A stretch of 64,000 nucleotides of DNA from Acidobacteriota bacterium (GCA_021816455.1 JAKAXU010000001.1:141518-205517), one strand, 5' to 3'; shown: positions 1 to 9,790, counted from the stretch's first letter. Translations and numbers: made by a program. The notes: generated from the sequence alone by a model not told the origin.

Positions 1-480
1 CAGGTATTCGAGCAAGGAGAATTCCTTGTTGGTAAGCGCAATTGACACTCCGGCGCGGCGCGCCGTGTGCTCCATGCGATCCAGTTCGAGATCGGCCACG
101 CGAAGCACCAGGCGGGCCTCGCGCTTACGGCGCAGCAGGGCGCGGCAGCGGGCGCGGAGTTCATGCAGGCTGAATGGCTTGACCATGAAGTCGTCCGCTC
201 CCAGATCGAGACAGCGGATGCGTGTCTCGACCTCCTGTCGTGCGGTGAGCACGAGCACAGGAAGCTCGGCATCGAAGGCGCGCATCTCGGCCAGCGCCTG
301 TTCGCCGTCCTTGCGGGGCAGATTCAGGTCAAGGATAGTCAGGTCCGGCGCTTCTTCCTGATAAGCAGCGACCGCCTGGACGCCGTCAGCGGCGCAGCGG
401 ATACGGTGGCCATCGGCCTCCAGGCCCCGGGTGAGGAACAGCGCCAGCGCGCGGTCATCCTCGGCAACAAGCAGCTTCAT
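1..480 (-). CDS. OmpR/PhoB-family response regulator, 3' end outside window
   Basis: Not in ORF track. Manual translation from ATG at 480: MKLLVAEDDRALA...DLTILDLNLP...VLVLTAR...GADDFMVKPFS...LTNKEFSLLEYL (receiver motifs, start of winged helix). Confidence 0.9.
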   Translation of the reverse strand, partial: MKLLVAEDDRALALFLTRGLEADGHRIRCAADGVQAVAAYQEEAPDLTILDLNLPRKDGEQALAEMRAFDAELPVLVLTARQEVETRIRCLDLGADDFMVKPFSLHELRARCRALLRRKREARLVLRVADLELDRMEHTARRAGVSIALTNKEFSLLEYL

Positions 481-725
481 CGGTATCATCCCTTCGCGGA
501 AAAAATGAGCTGCCTCCGCAAACGGAGCAGCCATTCCGCATATCACGCTTCTACCTTCCCGCGAGCGAGAAAGATTCTCAAGAAAAAAGGAGAGCGTACG
601 AGGGGACAGTTCCGTGATTGGGAGACTCTCAGGAAGTTTTCCCAAATCGCAGCGGAATCGAGGAGGGCACCCGAGGAGGTACTGGAATGGACTCGCCGAT
701 ACCCTGCATCTCTTTTCTTTTTCCA

Positions 726-748
726 ATTCGCTTTTTATTCGCTATAAT
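726..748 (+). promoter_or_regulatory. lexA -10 box (TATAAT 743-748) with adjoining candidate LexA box ATTC-N7-ATTC
   Basis: ATTCGCT at 726 and 737 (11-bp period), like the GTTC-N7-GTTC direct-repeat box known for Acidobacterium/Alphaproteobacteria; ATG 6 nt after TATAAT. Confidence 0.75.
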
Positions 749-754
749 GCGCGC

Positions 755-1360
755 ATGGCTATTACACGCAGGCAAAAAGAGGTCGTTGACTTTCTGGAAC
801 AATTTGTCGAAGAGAATGGTTACTCGCCTTCGTTTGAAGAGATCGCAGCGGGGCTTGGACTTCGCTCGGTCGCGACGGTGCACAAGCACATTACGAACCT
901 GGAAAAAAAGGGGCTGCTGGATCGGGAGCGCAACCGCAGCCGGTCGATCGATCTGGTGCCGGAGGGCGCGCGCATTCGCAACGGACAGCAGGTGCCGCTG
1001 CTGGGCCGCATCGCTGCGGGATTGCCGGTCGAGGCGTCGCAGTCGGCCGAGACGATCTCCCTGCAGGATGTGGTGGGCAACCGCGACGTCTTTGCGCTGG
1101 AGGTACGCGGAGACTCGATGCGCGACGAGCACATTCTGAGCGGGGATTATGTGCTCGTGGAACGGTCACGGACGGCCCGGCAGGGAGAGATCGTGGTGGC
1201 ACTGGTGCGCGGGACCGAGACCACGCTCAAGCGGTTTTTCCCGGAGGGAAATACCGTGCGCCTTCAGCCGGCCAATACGGAGATGGCGCCGATCGTGGTG
1301 CCATCAACGCAGGTGGCAATCCAGGGACGCGTTCTCGGAGTCTTACGGCGATATCGCTGA
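755..1360 (+). CDS. lexA: SOS repressor LexA
   Basis: wHTH (GYSPSFEEIA), cleavage site IAAG, catalytic Ser in GDSM and Lys in TLKR; start moved to ATG 755. Confidence 0.97.
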   Translation: MAITRRQKEVVDFLEQFVEENGYSPSFEEIAAGLGLRSVATVHKHITNLEKKGLLDRERNRSRSIDLVPEGARIRNGQQVPLLGRIAAGLPVEASQSAETISLQDVVGNRDVFALEVRGDSMRDEHILSGDYVLVERSRTARQGEIVVALVRGTETTLKRFFPEGNTVRLQPANTEMAPIVVPSTQVAIQGRVLGVLRRYR

Positions 1361-1482
1361 AGGCCGGACGGCCTGCGCCGAATGGGCGCAGGCACATAAG
1401 GAAACAGAACGGCCCGATCCGGACAATCCGGACTCGGAACGATTCGGCTGTCGCTTTGCTCGCAAGCCCGGAATCGAGATGC

Positions 1483-1815
1483 TCAACTGAGCAGGCGATT
1501 CACCTTCTCTTCGATGACTTCGCGCGGAACATAGCCCACGACCTGGTCGGCGACTTTGCCACCTTTGAAGAAGAGCAGAGTGGGAATGCCACGGATGCCG
1601 TAACGGCCGGGAGTGGCGCCGTTCTGATCGACGTTGATCTTGGCCACCTTCAGACGGCCGGCGTAGGATTCGGCAACCTGATCGACAATAGGGCCGATCA
1701 TCTTGCAGGGACCGCACCATACCGCCCAGAAATCGACAAGTACGGGCCTGTCGGATTGCAGAACTTCACTGTCAAAAGATGCATCGCTGACTTCCAGAAT
1801 CGCTGTTCCTGCCAT
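1483..1815 (-). CDS. trxA: Thioredoxin
   Basis: WCGPC active site, GIPTL cis-Pro loop, 110 aa. Confidence 0.97.
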   Translation of the reverse strand: MAGTAILEVSDASFDSEVLQSDRPVLVDFWAVWCGPCKMIGPIVDQVAESYAGRLKVAKINVDQNGATPGRYGIRGIPTLLFFKGGKVADQVVGYVPREVIEEKVNRLLS

Positions 1816-1939
1816 AATTCTCCTTCGTGCGGAAACACTTTTTCTCAGTGTAAACGCAACTGCCAGAGATAAGATGCACAGCCTGTACGATAGGTCGCAA
1901 GGTGCATTGTCGGAGGCGAAGGATGCGAAAAAGCAGGCG

Positions 1940-2005
1940 AAAAGAAAGCGCCTGGACCTTTGACGGTCGCAGGCGCCAGAGCAGCCCTCCCCCAGAACTG
2001 CCCAC
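1940..2005 (-). ncRNA. Small two-hairpin RNA, probably Acido-1 motif
   Basis: Minus strand GUGGGCAGUUCUGGGGGAGGGCUGCUC (hairpin, G-rich loop), then GCGCCUGCGACC-GUCAAA-GGUCCAGGCGC plus UUUCUUUU; promoter directly upstream. Family name is from memory, not searched. Confidence 0.7.
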
Positions 2006-2012
2006 GCGCTTG

Positions 2013-2041
2013 AATGTAGGTTGTTTTGAAGGGAAATGCAA
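2013..2041 (-). promoter_or_regulatory. sigma70-type promoter of the sRNA
   Basis: TTGCAT (2041-2036), 17-nt spacer, TACATT (2018-2013). Confidence 0.7.
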
Positions 2042-2157
2042 GAAATCTTCGGTAAGTGCAGAAGGTAACATCCTGTTTACACTTTTGTAATCAGGCCCTC
2101 TCGGTCCGACAGAATCGAGGCTCCTGAGGTTGCTTTCCGGTGCCCGGTGGAACGCCT

Positions 2158-3102
2158 TCAGCGAACGGACCAGTCCCGGGCGGCGCCGAAGGAGACGAAC
2201 CCGGCGATCAGAAGTTCATAATCGCGATCTCGTTCCAGAGGTACGTCGTGGAGCGCGCCGACAATGGCAGTCAGTGCGGGAGCAGTGTCGGCCTGTGCGA
2301 TCAACAACACGGAGGGTCCGGCTCCGCTCAGGGTGACGGAGTGAATACCGTCCCGGCCGACCAGGGGCAGGAGCGGATCCAGGAGGGGACAGATGGCGCT
2401 GCGATACGGCTGGTGAAGGCGGTCGCGCGTGGCAACGGCCAGCAGGTCCGTCCGGCCCGCTGCAAAGGCCGGGGCAAGCAGCGCGGCGGCCTGAAGATTG
2501 GCGACGACGTCGGCGCGGGACCAGGCATCCGGAAGAACTGCCCGGGCGTGGCTGGTGGCCAACGGGCGAGACGGAAGCGCCAGAATAGCTCGCCAGGAAT
2601 CGGGTGGGGAGATGGAGACCAGCGGCAACCGCGCGGGAACCTCGCCGTCGGCGGCCACGACCAGACCGCCATGCCAGCAGGCGGCAACATTATCGGGATG
2701 GCCTTCGAGCGCAGCGGCCTCGGCGAGAATGCGCTCGCCGGACCAGTCGAGCGCGCCGAAGTGAACGGCAAGGGCGACGGCGGCCAGTCGTCCGGCTGCC
2801 GAAGAGCCACAGCCCATGCCGAGGGGAATCGCGTTGTGCATCCGCAGAGCAAGCGGCGGAGCGGTACGTCCTTCGCGGGCAAGCAGCGCGCGGCAAGTGT
2901 CCAGAATCAGATTGTCCTCTATACGGGAACACTCGGCGACGTTGCGGCCGGTCGCTTCGATGGAAGTCTCCATCGCGATGGAAGCCTCGATCTCCAGCGC
3001 GAAATCGAAGGCCACCGCGGCGGTGTCAAAGGCTGCGCCAAGATTGGCCGAGGTGGCTGGCAGACGCAGATGGAGCGGGGCCGGGGACTGTGCAGTGTGC
3101 AT
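2158..3102 (-). CDS. thrB: Homoserine kinase
   Basis: PATSANLG, GHMP motif PLGMGCGSSAA, EGHPDN, SGAGPS; follows thrC. Confidence 0.95.
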   Translation of the reverse strand: MHTAQSPAPLHLRLPATSANLGAAFDTAAVAFDFALEIEASIAMETSIEATGRNVAECSRIEDNLILDTCRALLAREGRTAPPLALRMHNAIPLGMGCGSSAAGRLAAVALAVHFGALDWSGERILAEAAALEGHPDNVAACWHGGLVVAADGEVPARLPLVSISPPDSWRAILALPSRPLATSHARAVLPDAWSRADVVANLQAAALLAPAFAAGRTDLLAVATRDRLHQPYRSAICPLLDPLLPLVGRDGIHSVTLSGAGPSVLLIAQADTAPALTAIVGALHDVPLERDRDYELLIAGFVSFGAARDWSVR

Positions 3103-3106
3103 GCGT

Positions 3107-4486
3107 CTAGTTCCGGGCAACCGCAATGGGATTTTCGACGACCGCGCGCAGCGCTCCGAGGACAGCCTCGGGGGTGGCCTCGACGGCCAGCGCATTGCGG
3201 CGCAACGGTTCGATGGCGGCAGCTACAGGAGCGCATTCCGCTTCCGTGAGCAGCGTGCCTCGATGGAAGTCGATGGTGTAATCGGCGTCCTTGAGCGTGT
3301 GGCCGGTGAGCAGCAGAACGACAGAATCCGACGCAGCGACGCGCCCGTCTGCGGCAAGTTTTTTCAACCCTGCCAGCGTCACTGCTGAAGCCGGTTCCGA
3401 CCCGATGCCTTCGCGACCCAACTCGGCTTTGGCGACGGCGATCTCGCCTTCGGTCACATCCAGGCACCACCCGCCGGTTTCGTGGATGACCTGAGCGGCC
3501 TTGCGCCAGCTTGCCGGGTTGCCAATGCGGATGGCGGTGGCGCGGGTCTGGGCTTCGACCGGCTCCAGAACGCGGCCGCCGTTGGCAGCGAAGCTGCGCG
3601 CAAGCGGCGCAGCACCCTCGGCCTGAATGACCGTGATGCGGGGCAGCCGGTGGATGAGGCCAAGTTCCTTCATCTCGCGGAAACCTTTGCCGAGAGCGGA
3701 GCTATTGGCGAGATTGCCGCCAGGAACGAGGATGTGGTCAGGAACATTCCAGTCCATGGCCTCGGCAATCTCCAGCGCCGGAGTCTTCTGGCCCTCCAGT
3801 CGATAAGGATTGACGGAGTTGAGCAGATAGATAGGAGCCTCTTCGACGATGCGCGTGAGCACGCGGACGCAGCCGTCGAAGTCGGTCTCAAGCTGGCAGG
3901 TGACGGCACCGTAGTCCATGGCCTGCGAAAGCTTGCCCCAGGCAATCTTGCCTTGGGGAATGAGCACAAGCGAGCGCATGCCGGCGCGCGCGGCGTAGGC
4001 GGCCATGGCGGCTGAAGTGTTGCCGGTGGATGCGCAGGCGACCCACTCGAAGCCGCGTTCGCGGGCGACGCTGAGCGCAGCGGTCATGCCGGTGTCCTTG
4101 AAGGAGCCTGTCGGGTTCATGCCCTGATGCTTGGCAAAGAGAGCATCCAGCCCCAGAGAGCGCGCGGCCAGCGAAAGATGGTAGAGCGGAGTGTTTCCCT
4201 CGCGCAGCGTAACGGCCTGGTTGAAGTCGTTGAGGATGGGAAACATCTCCCGAAAGCGCCAGACGCCGGACTGGTCGAGCCGCTCCTGAGAGAGACGGCG
4301 CTCGCGCCAGAGCCATTTGAGAGCGCCGGAATTGGGGCGGTCAGTGCCGCCAACGTGATGCCAGCCTGGATATTCGACTTCGAAGAGGTCGCCGCAGTCG
4401 GCGCAGCGAAAGTTGGGCCCGGCCTGGTCGCCGCGAATGCGTTGGCCACAGCCAAAACAGCGAAGCTGATGCAGATTGTCACTCAT
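3107..4486 (-). CDS. thrC: Threonine synthase
   Basis: NPTGSFKD PLP lysine, ASTGNT, PGGNLAN; N-terminal CxxC pairs; start at MSDNLH. Confidence 0.93.
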   Translation of the reverse strand: MSDNLHQLRCFGCGQRIRGDQAGPNFRCADCGDLFEVEYPGWHHVGGTDRPNSGALKWLWRERRLSQERLDQSGVWRFREMFPILNDFNQAVTLREGNTPLYHLSLAARSLGLDALFAKHQGMNPTGSFKDTGMTAALSVARERGFEWVACASTGNTSAAMAAYAARAGMRSLVLIPQGKIAWGKLSQAMDYGAVTCQLETDFDGCVRVLTRIVEEAPIYLLNSVNPYRLEGQKTPALEIAEAMDWNVPDHILVPGGNLANSSALGKGFREMKELGLIHRLPRITVIQAEGAAPLARSFAANGGRVLEPVEAQTRATAIRIGNPASWRKAAQVIHETGGWCLDVTEGEIAVAKAELGREGIGSEPASAVTLAGLKKLAADGRVAASDSVVLLLTGHTLKDADYTIDFHRGTLLTEAECAPVAAAIEPLRRNALAVEATPEAVLGALRAVVENPIAVARN

Positions 4487-4595
4487 CCTAAGTGTTAGCC
4501 TACCAGCAAGCGTGGAATTCTGCTGCGCATTGCGAAGCAACAGGTCCGGGTGCATGGACCAGAATCGAAGCTGGAAAATCGCCGGGGAAAGTTCG

Positions 4596-5453
4596 ATGAA
4601 AGAAGACAGAATCCATACCTGGTTGAATCATTCGCCGGGAAGAGTGCGCCGAGGAATCGTCGTGGTACTCGCGGCGCTCGTCTGCTGCGGCGCGATGGCG
4701 AGCGCGCAGACGGCGAGCGCGCCCAGGCTAGCGACGCCGGTACGGATTGCGGCAGCGGCGGATCTGCAACCGGTGCTGCCACCTGTGCTGCGCGCCTTCG
4801 AGCAGGAGACCGGGATCCACGTGACGGCGACCTATGAGTCCTCCGCGGCGCTGACGGCGCAGATGCTGAATGGTGCGGGTTTTGACCTGTTTCTGTCGGC
4901 GGATATGAGCTACCCGCGAAAGATTATTGCGGCGGGACTGGGAGCCTCAGCGGAACCGATCCCGTATGCGCATGGAGTGCTGGTGCTGTTCACGCGGCGC
5001 GACTCGCGCTGGCCTCAGCCAACGATGGAGTTGCTGCGCGATCCTGGGCTGAAGCGGCTGGCGATCGCGGATCCGGCGCGCGCGCCCTATGGCCACGCCG
5101 CGATGGCGACGCTCACAAACCTGGGAGTGGGCGCAGCGCTGCAGCCGAAACTGGTGACGGCAGCGAATATCGCCCAGGCGGCGCAGTTTGCCGAGACAGG
5201 CAACGCCGACGCGGGACTGATCTCGCAGACGGCAGCCGTGACGCCGACACTGCGGTCGGTGGGCAGTTTTGTCGTGGTGCCACAGCGGCTCTATCCGGTG
5301 ATCGAGCAGGGCGCGGTGGTGTTGGCGAAATCGGCAGAGCGCGTGAATGCGCAGCGAATGCTCGATTTCCTGCGCAGCCCGGAGATGCAGCGGCAGTTGC
5401 AGCAGAGCGGTCTGAACCCAATTGCCGGTGCGACCCGGCAACCGGCGCGGTGA
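4596..5453 (+). CDS. modA: Molybdate ABC transporter substrate-binding protein
   Basis: Signal peptide, AAAADL, DLFLSAD, APYG; operon with modB and modC. Start approximate. Confidence 0.92.
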   Translation: MKEDRIHTWLNHSPGRVRRGIVVVLAALVCCGAMASAQTASAPRLATPVRIAAAADLQPVLPPVLRAFEQETGIHVTATYESSAALTAQMLNGAGFDLFLSADMSYPRKIIAAGLGASAEPIPYAHGVLVLFTRRDSRWPQPTMELLRDPGLKRLAIADPARAPYGHAAMATLTNLGVGAALQPKLVTAANIAQAAQFAETGNADAGLISQTAAVTPTLRSVGSFVVVPQRLYPVIEQGAVVLAKSAERVNAQRMLDFLRSPEMQRQLQQSGLNPIAGATRQPAR

Positions 5454-5457
5454 AGGG

Positions 5458-6129
5458 ATGGACTGGCAGGCACTGGCGCTGACAATGCGGTTGGCCGCGG
5501 TGACGACGGCGATTCTGCTGGCAATCGCCGTGCCGTTTGCCGCCTGGGTGGCGCTGAGCGGATCGCGGTTTCGCGGCGTGGCGCAGGCGGTGACGGCGCT
5601 GCCGCTGGTGCTGCCACCAACGGTGCTGGGGTACTACCTGCTGGTGCTGCTGGGAACTCGGACGACCGTCGGACGAGCGATTGCGGCAGTACTGGGACAT
5701 CCGCTGGCATTTTCCTTTGCCGGGCTGGTAGTGGGTTCGGCAATTTACAGCCTGCCCTTTGCCGTGCAGCCGCTGGTGGCGGGGTTCAGCGCGGTGGATG
5801 AGGCAATGGTAGATGCGGCGCGGTTGCTGGGCGCAGGGCCGGTGCGCCTGACGCGCACGATTCTGCTGCCGCTGGCGAAGCGGTCCGTGGTGACGGCGGC
5901 GCTGTTGAGCTTTCTGCACACGGTGGGCGAGTTCGGCGTGGTGCTGATGCTGGGCGGCGATATTCCGGGAGCCACGCGCACGCTTTCGATTGTTCTCTTC
6001 GACCAGGTGCAGGACTTCAACGAGCAGGCGGCGAATCGGACCTCTCTCGTGCTGCTGGGATTGTCGCTGACGGCGCTTCTGGTGCTCTATGCAAGTCCGA
6101 TGGCAGGCAAGGCGGCGCGCCGTGATTGA
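5458..6129 (+). CDS. modB: Molybdate ABC transporter permease
   Basis: LPLVLPPTVLGYYLL, EAA-like loop DAARLLGA, GEFG. Confidence 0.95.
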   Translation: MDWQALALTMRLAAVTTAILLAIAVPFAAWVALSGSRFRGVAQAVTALPLVLPPTVLGYYLLVLLGTRTTVGRAIAAVLGHPLAFSFAGLVVGSAIYSLPFAVQPLVAGFSAVDEAMVDAARLLGAGPVRLTRTILLPLAKRSVVTAALLSFLHTVGEFGVVLMLGGDIPGATRTLSIVLFDQVQDFNEQAANRTSLVLLGLSLTALLVLYASPMAGKAARRD

Positions 6130-6829
6130 GCTGGATCTGAGCGGTCGAACAGGAGGGTTCCGGCTGGAGGTTACTTGCCGACTGGAAGCGCCGTTGACGG
6201 TCATCTTCGGGCCTTCGGGCGCGGGCAAGAGCACGCTGCTGCGGATGATGGCAGGGCTGGTACGACCAGAACGGGGATTTGTGCGCCTGGATGGACGGAC
6301 GTTGACCGACTGCCGTCAGAGAATTCATCAGAAGCCCGGCAAGCGCGGCATGACTCTGGCGGCGCAGCACGCGGCGCTCTTTCCGCACATGACGGTAGAG
6401 GAAAATGTGGCCTTTGGGCTACGGACGCTGCGCGAGGTGGCAAGGCGCGAACGGATTGCAGAAGCTCTGGCCGTGGTTGACGCCGAAGCACTGGCGGAGC
6501 GGCGCGTAACGACGCTCTCCGGCGGCGAAGCGCAGCGGGTGGCGCTGGCGCGGGCGCTGGCTCCGCGACCGACGCTGATGCTACTCGATGAGCCGCTTTC
6601 CGCGCTGGACACGGCGGCGCGCGACTCTGTGATGACGTATCTGCTCCGATGGCTCCGCGAACACGCGATCCAGACGGTTCTGGTGACGCATGACGCGGCC
6701 GATGCGCTGCGCGCGCAAGCCGAGGTAGTGAAACTGCGTGACGGCCGTGTGACGGCGCAGGGCGCGGCCGCCGAAGTACTGGCCCTGGAGCGCAGCCGAT
6801 TGCTGGAACGGCTGAGCGCGCAGGTCTGA
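6122..6829 (+). CDS. modC: Molybdate ABC transporter ATPase
   Basis: GPSGAGKS, LSGGE, LLDEP; GTG start overlapping modB. Confidence 0.9.
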   Translation: MIELDLSGRTGGFRLEVTCRLEAPLTVIFGPSGAGKSTLLRMMAGLVRPERGFVRLDGRTLTDCRQRIHQKPGKRGMTLAAQHAALFPHMTVEENVAFGLRTLREVARRERIAEALAVVDAEALAERRVTTLSGGEAQRVALARALAPRPTLMLLDEPLSALDTAARDSVMTYLLRWLREHAIQTVLVTHDAADALRAQAEVVKLRDGRVTAQGAAAEVLALERSRLLERLSAQV

Positions 6830-6834
6830 GAACA

Positions 6835-7887
6835 TCAGAAACCGAGCAGCACCGGCTCCATCTCCAGATCAATCCCGAACCGATCCCGGACGGCGAACGC
6901 GATGCGGTCGCGAAGCGCGAGCAGCTCTGCCGCCGTACCGCCGCCGTAGTGGATGAGCGCAAGTGTGTGGCGCGAGGAGATACCGACGTTGCCCTGCCGG
7001 AAGCCTCGCGCAAAACCCGCCTGTTCGATGAGCCAGGCGGCAGGAAGCTTGACCGAACCTGCGGTAGAGGGATAGCACGGCGGTGGAGCGCCGAGACGCT
7101 TTGCGAGAGCGTCGAACTCAGCCGCGGAGATCACCGGATTGCGGAAGAAGCTGCCTGCGCTGCGCGCATCCGGGTCGCCCGGGACCAGCAGCATCCCTTT
7201 ACCGCGACGAATGGAACGAACGGCATCGGCGACGGCGGCCAGTGTGGGCTGCGGCTGAGCGGCGAAGGTGCGTTGCAGATCGGCATAACGCAGCGAAGGC
7301 GCGCCGCCGGGCACAAGGCCAAACTCGACGGCGGTGACGACGAAGCGGTTGCGCACGGTGGAGTTGAAGATGCTGCGACGATAGGCGAAACCGCACTCGG
7401 GGGCTTCCATCTCGTGAAACTGGAGGCTTTCGCGGTCGAGCACGCGAACGCGACGGATAGTCTCGGCGACCTCCTGGCCATAGGCGCCGACATTCTGGAC
7501 CGGCGTCCCGCCGACGGTGCCGGGAATGCCGGCCAGGCATTCGATGCCGGAGCAATTGGCGGCAATCGTCTCGGCGACAAAGTTGTCCCAAAGCTCGCCG
7601 GCCGCTGCTCGAAAGAGGCAGAGATCGGCCCGGTAGGATCGCGCGATGCCCCGCAGCGCGGGCTGAACAACAAGACCATCGAAGCCGGAGTCGGCGACGA
7701 CCAGATTACTGCCGCCACCAAGGACAAAGACGGGCAAATGACGCTCGCGCGCCCAGGTAAAGGCATCGACAAGCTGCGACTCCGAGGTGAGGCGCGTATA
7801 CCAGCGCGCAGGGCCGCCGATGCCGAGGGTGGTGAGCGGCGCAAGCGGGTGATTTTCTTCAATGAGCAGGCCGGAATCTAGGGTCAT
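6835..7887 (-). CDS. murB: UDP-N-acetylenolpyruvoylglucosamine reductase
   Basis: GGGSNL, GIPGTVGG, QNVGAYG, SAGSFFRNP, terminal EP motif. Confidence 0.96.
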   Translation of the reverse strand: MTLDSGLLIEENHPLAPLTTLGIGGPARWYTRLTSESQLVDAFTWARERHLPVFVLGGGSNLVVADSGFDGLVVQPALRGIARSYRADLCLFRAAAGELWDNFVAETIAANCSGIECLAGIPGTVGGTPVQNVGAYGQEVAETIRRVRVLDRESLQFHEMEAPECGFAYRRSIFNSTVRNRFVVTAVEFGLVPGGAPSLRYADLQRTFAAQPQPTLAAVADAVRSIRRGKGMLLVPGDPDARSAGSFFRNPVISAAEFDALAKRLGAPPPCYPSTAGSVKLPAAWLIEQAGFARGFRQGNVGISSRHTLALIHYGGGTAAELLALRDRIAFAVRDRFGIDLEMEPVLLGF

Positions 7888-7997
7888 CTTCCTTGTCAGG
7901 CTACACCAGGCGCCGCGGCGACAGAGGGAAGGTTCACGCCGGGGCCAATCCCCGGTACACTGGAAACAGCGGAGAATTTTCTCCGCCGGAGGCACGG

Positions 7998-8423
7998 ATG
8001 TATCCAGAGATTATGGTAATCCCGATGCGCGAGGAGCTGACACGCGCCGGAATCCAGGAAGCACGCACTGCTGACGAAGTGGACGCGGCGCTCAGGCAGC
8101 CAGGAACGACGATGCTGGTGGTGAACTCGATCTGCGGCTGCGCGGCAGGCAAGATGCGCCCCGGCGTGCGCATGGCGCTCGGGCACAGCACGCTGCCGGA
8201 TCGCTCGATCACCGTCTTTGCCGGACAGGATCGCGAGGCAACTGAGCGCGCGCGATCCTACTTCGAAGGTCATCCTCCAACCTCGCCGGCGATTGCGATC
8301 CTGCGCGATGGAAAGCTGGTGTATCTGATGCAGCGCTATGTCATTGAAGCGGCAACGGCTCCGCAGATTGCCGGTGAGCTGGCGCGCGCCTTTGACGAGC
8401 TGTGCTCGAAGACGACGGCCTGA
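7998..8423 (+). CDS. BrxA/BrxB (YphP/YqiW) bacilliredoxin
   Basis: NSICGCAAGKMRP CGC motif, TVFAGQD; SD GGAGG before ATG. Confidence 0.9.
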   Translation: MYPEIMVIPMREELTRAGIQEARTADEVDAALRQPGTTMLVVNSICGCAAGKMRPGVRMALGHSTLPDRSITVFAGQDREATERARSYFEGHPPTSPAIAILRDGKLVYLMQRYVIEAATAPQIAGELARAFDELCSKTTA

Positions 8424-8461
8424 ACTGAGCGGTCCGCCGTTACAACCTGAAGATGCAACCC

Positions 8462-8505
8462 CCTCCCGCCAGCGCATCGGATCGCAGCGGCGGGAGGTTT
8501 CATTT
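8462..8505 (+). terminator. Intrinsic terminator after bacilliredoxin gene
   Basis: CCTCCCGCC...GGCGGGAGG stem followed by TTTCATTT. Confidence 0.6.
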
Positions 8506-8637
8506 CGCGTTCAGGCGACCGAAAGAAAAGATGTGGTGCGATTCATCCGGATGCAAAGACAGACACAGAGAAGCCAACGCGCGCAGCCGTGTGAATTTCT
8601 GTGGCGCGAAGGCGCGCTGACAAAGTAGGATGACGGG

Positions 8638-9699
8638 GTGAGTCCTCGAAGCAGCCGCAACGCATCTACCGGAAAACCTGATATTCGCACCGTGGCGTCG
8701 CTGGCGCGCGTCTCCATCGCGACGGTTTCGAGAACGATCAACGGGTCGTCGGCGGTGAGCGAGAAGCTTTCCAAGCGTGTGTGGAAGGCGATTGAGCAGC
8801 TGAATTACTTCCCCAATACACATGCACGCAGCCTGGTCTCCGGGCGCAGCCGCATCCTCGGCATCGTCGTCGAAAACATCACCAATCCGTTTTTCCCGGA
8901 GCTGATTGCCAGCTTCGAAGAGATTGCCGTGGCGCATGGATATGAGCTGCTTGTCAGCTCGGGCAACATCCAGAACGCGGCGCAGATTGAGACGATTGTG
9001 CGGCGGATGCTGGAGCGCAAGGTGGAGGGCGTGGCGGTGTTGACCTTCGGCAGCGAGGAGTCGGTGCTGGATCAGCTTGTGACGCATGGAATACCCCTGG
9101 TGCTGGCGGAGTTCGAGGTGAATAATCCCCGCGTAAGCACGATTCTGATCGACTATGCGACGGGAATGCGCGAGGCCGTGGAACATCTGGTGGGCCTGGG
9201 ACACAAGAAAGTTGCCTACCTGGCAGGGCCACATACATTGCACTCGGCCGAGACGCGCCTGCATTGCTTTGAAAGCTCGACGGCGGCCTGCGGACTGAAG
9301 ATTCGCAGGGAGTGGATCGTCGATGCGGATCACACGCTGAAGGGCGGCGAAGCAGGAATGCAGCGGCTGCTGCAGCTGGAAGATCGGCCAACGGCGGTAA
9401 TCTGCTCCAATGACATGACGGCGATTGGCGTGCTGCATGCGGCTCATCTGGCGCAACTCCGCGTGCCAGAGGAACTCTCGGTCGTAGGGCTGGACGACAT
9501 TGCCTTCACCGAGTTCACCTTGCCGCCGCTGACAACGATTGGACTGGCGCGTCATGATCTGGCGCGGGCTGCCTTCGACGCGCTGCGTATCCAGGTGGAA
9601 GCCGGTTCGCAACCCGGGGAATTTGCGCCGATCCAGCGCTCCTTCGAGGTTTCGACGGCGCTCGTTGTACGCCAGAGCACGGCAGCCCCGAAGAGTTGA
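8638..9699 (+). CDS. LacI-family transcriptional regulator
   Basis: HTH DIRTVASLARVSIATVSRTIN, hinge ARSL, sugar-binding domain (NDMTA, GLDD, PPLTT). Confidence 0.95.
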   Translation: MSPRSSRNASTGKPDIRTVASLARVSIATVSRTINGSSAVSEKLSKRVWKAIEQLNYFPNTHARSLVSGRSRILGIVVENITNPFFPELIASFEEIAVAHGYELLVSSGNIQNAAQIETIVRRMLERKVEGVAVLTFGSEESVLDQLVTHGIPLVLAEFEVNNPRVSTILIDYATGMREAVEHLVGLGHKKVAYLAGPHTLHSAETRLHCFESSTAACGLKIRREWIVDADHTLKGGEAGMQRLLQLEDRPTAVICSNDMTAIGVLHAAHLAQLRVPEELSVVGLDDIAFTEFTLPPLTTIGLARHDLARAAFDALRIQVEAGSQPGEFAPIQRSFEVSTALVVRQSTAAPKS

Positions 9700-9790
9700 A
9701 GCTCTTTACCTCCGCAAATGTCCTTCGGCTTCGACGACTGGCAGAAATACGACAAACTACGGCGCGCAAGCGACCTGCCGGGGAACCGGT

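Noticed and set aside
26-747. Plus-strand ORFs 26-361 and 67-747
   Set aside because: Antisense shadows of the response regulator at 1-480 (minus).
1916-1950. GCGAA repeats resembling a LexA box
   Set aside because: Spacings are 9, 12 and 11 with an incomplete last half-site; the sequence is the sRNA terminator U-tract.
2140-3249. Long antisense ORFs here and at 10975-12498, 15992-17608, 60261-61499 and 61418-62998
   Set aside because: Opposite well-supported genes, no motifs; expected in GC-rich DNA.
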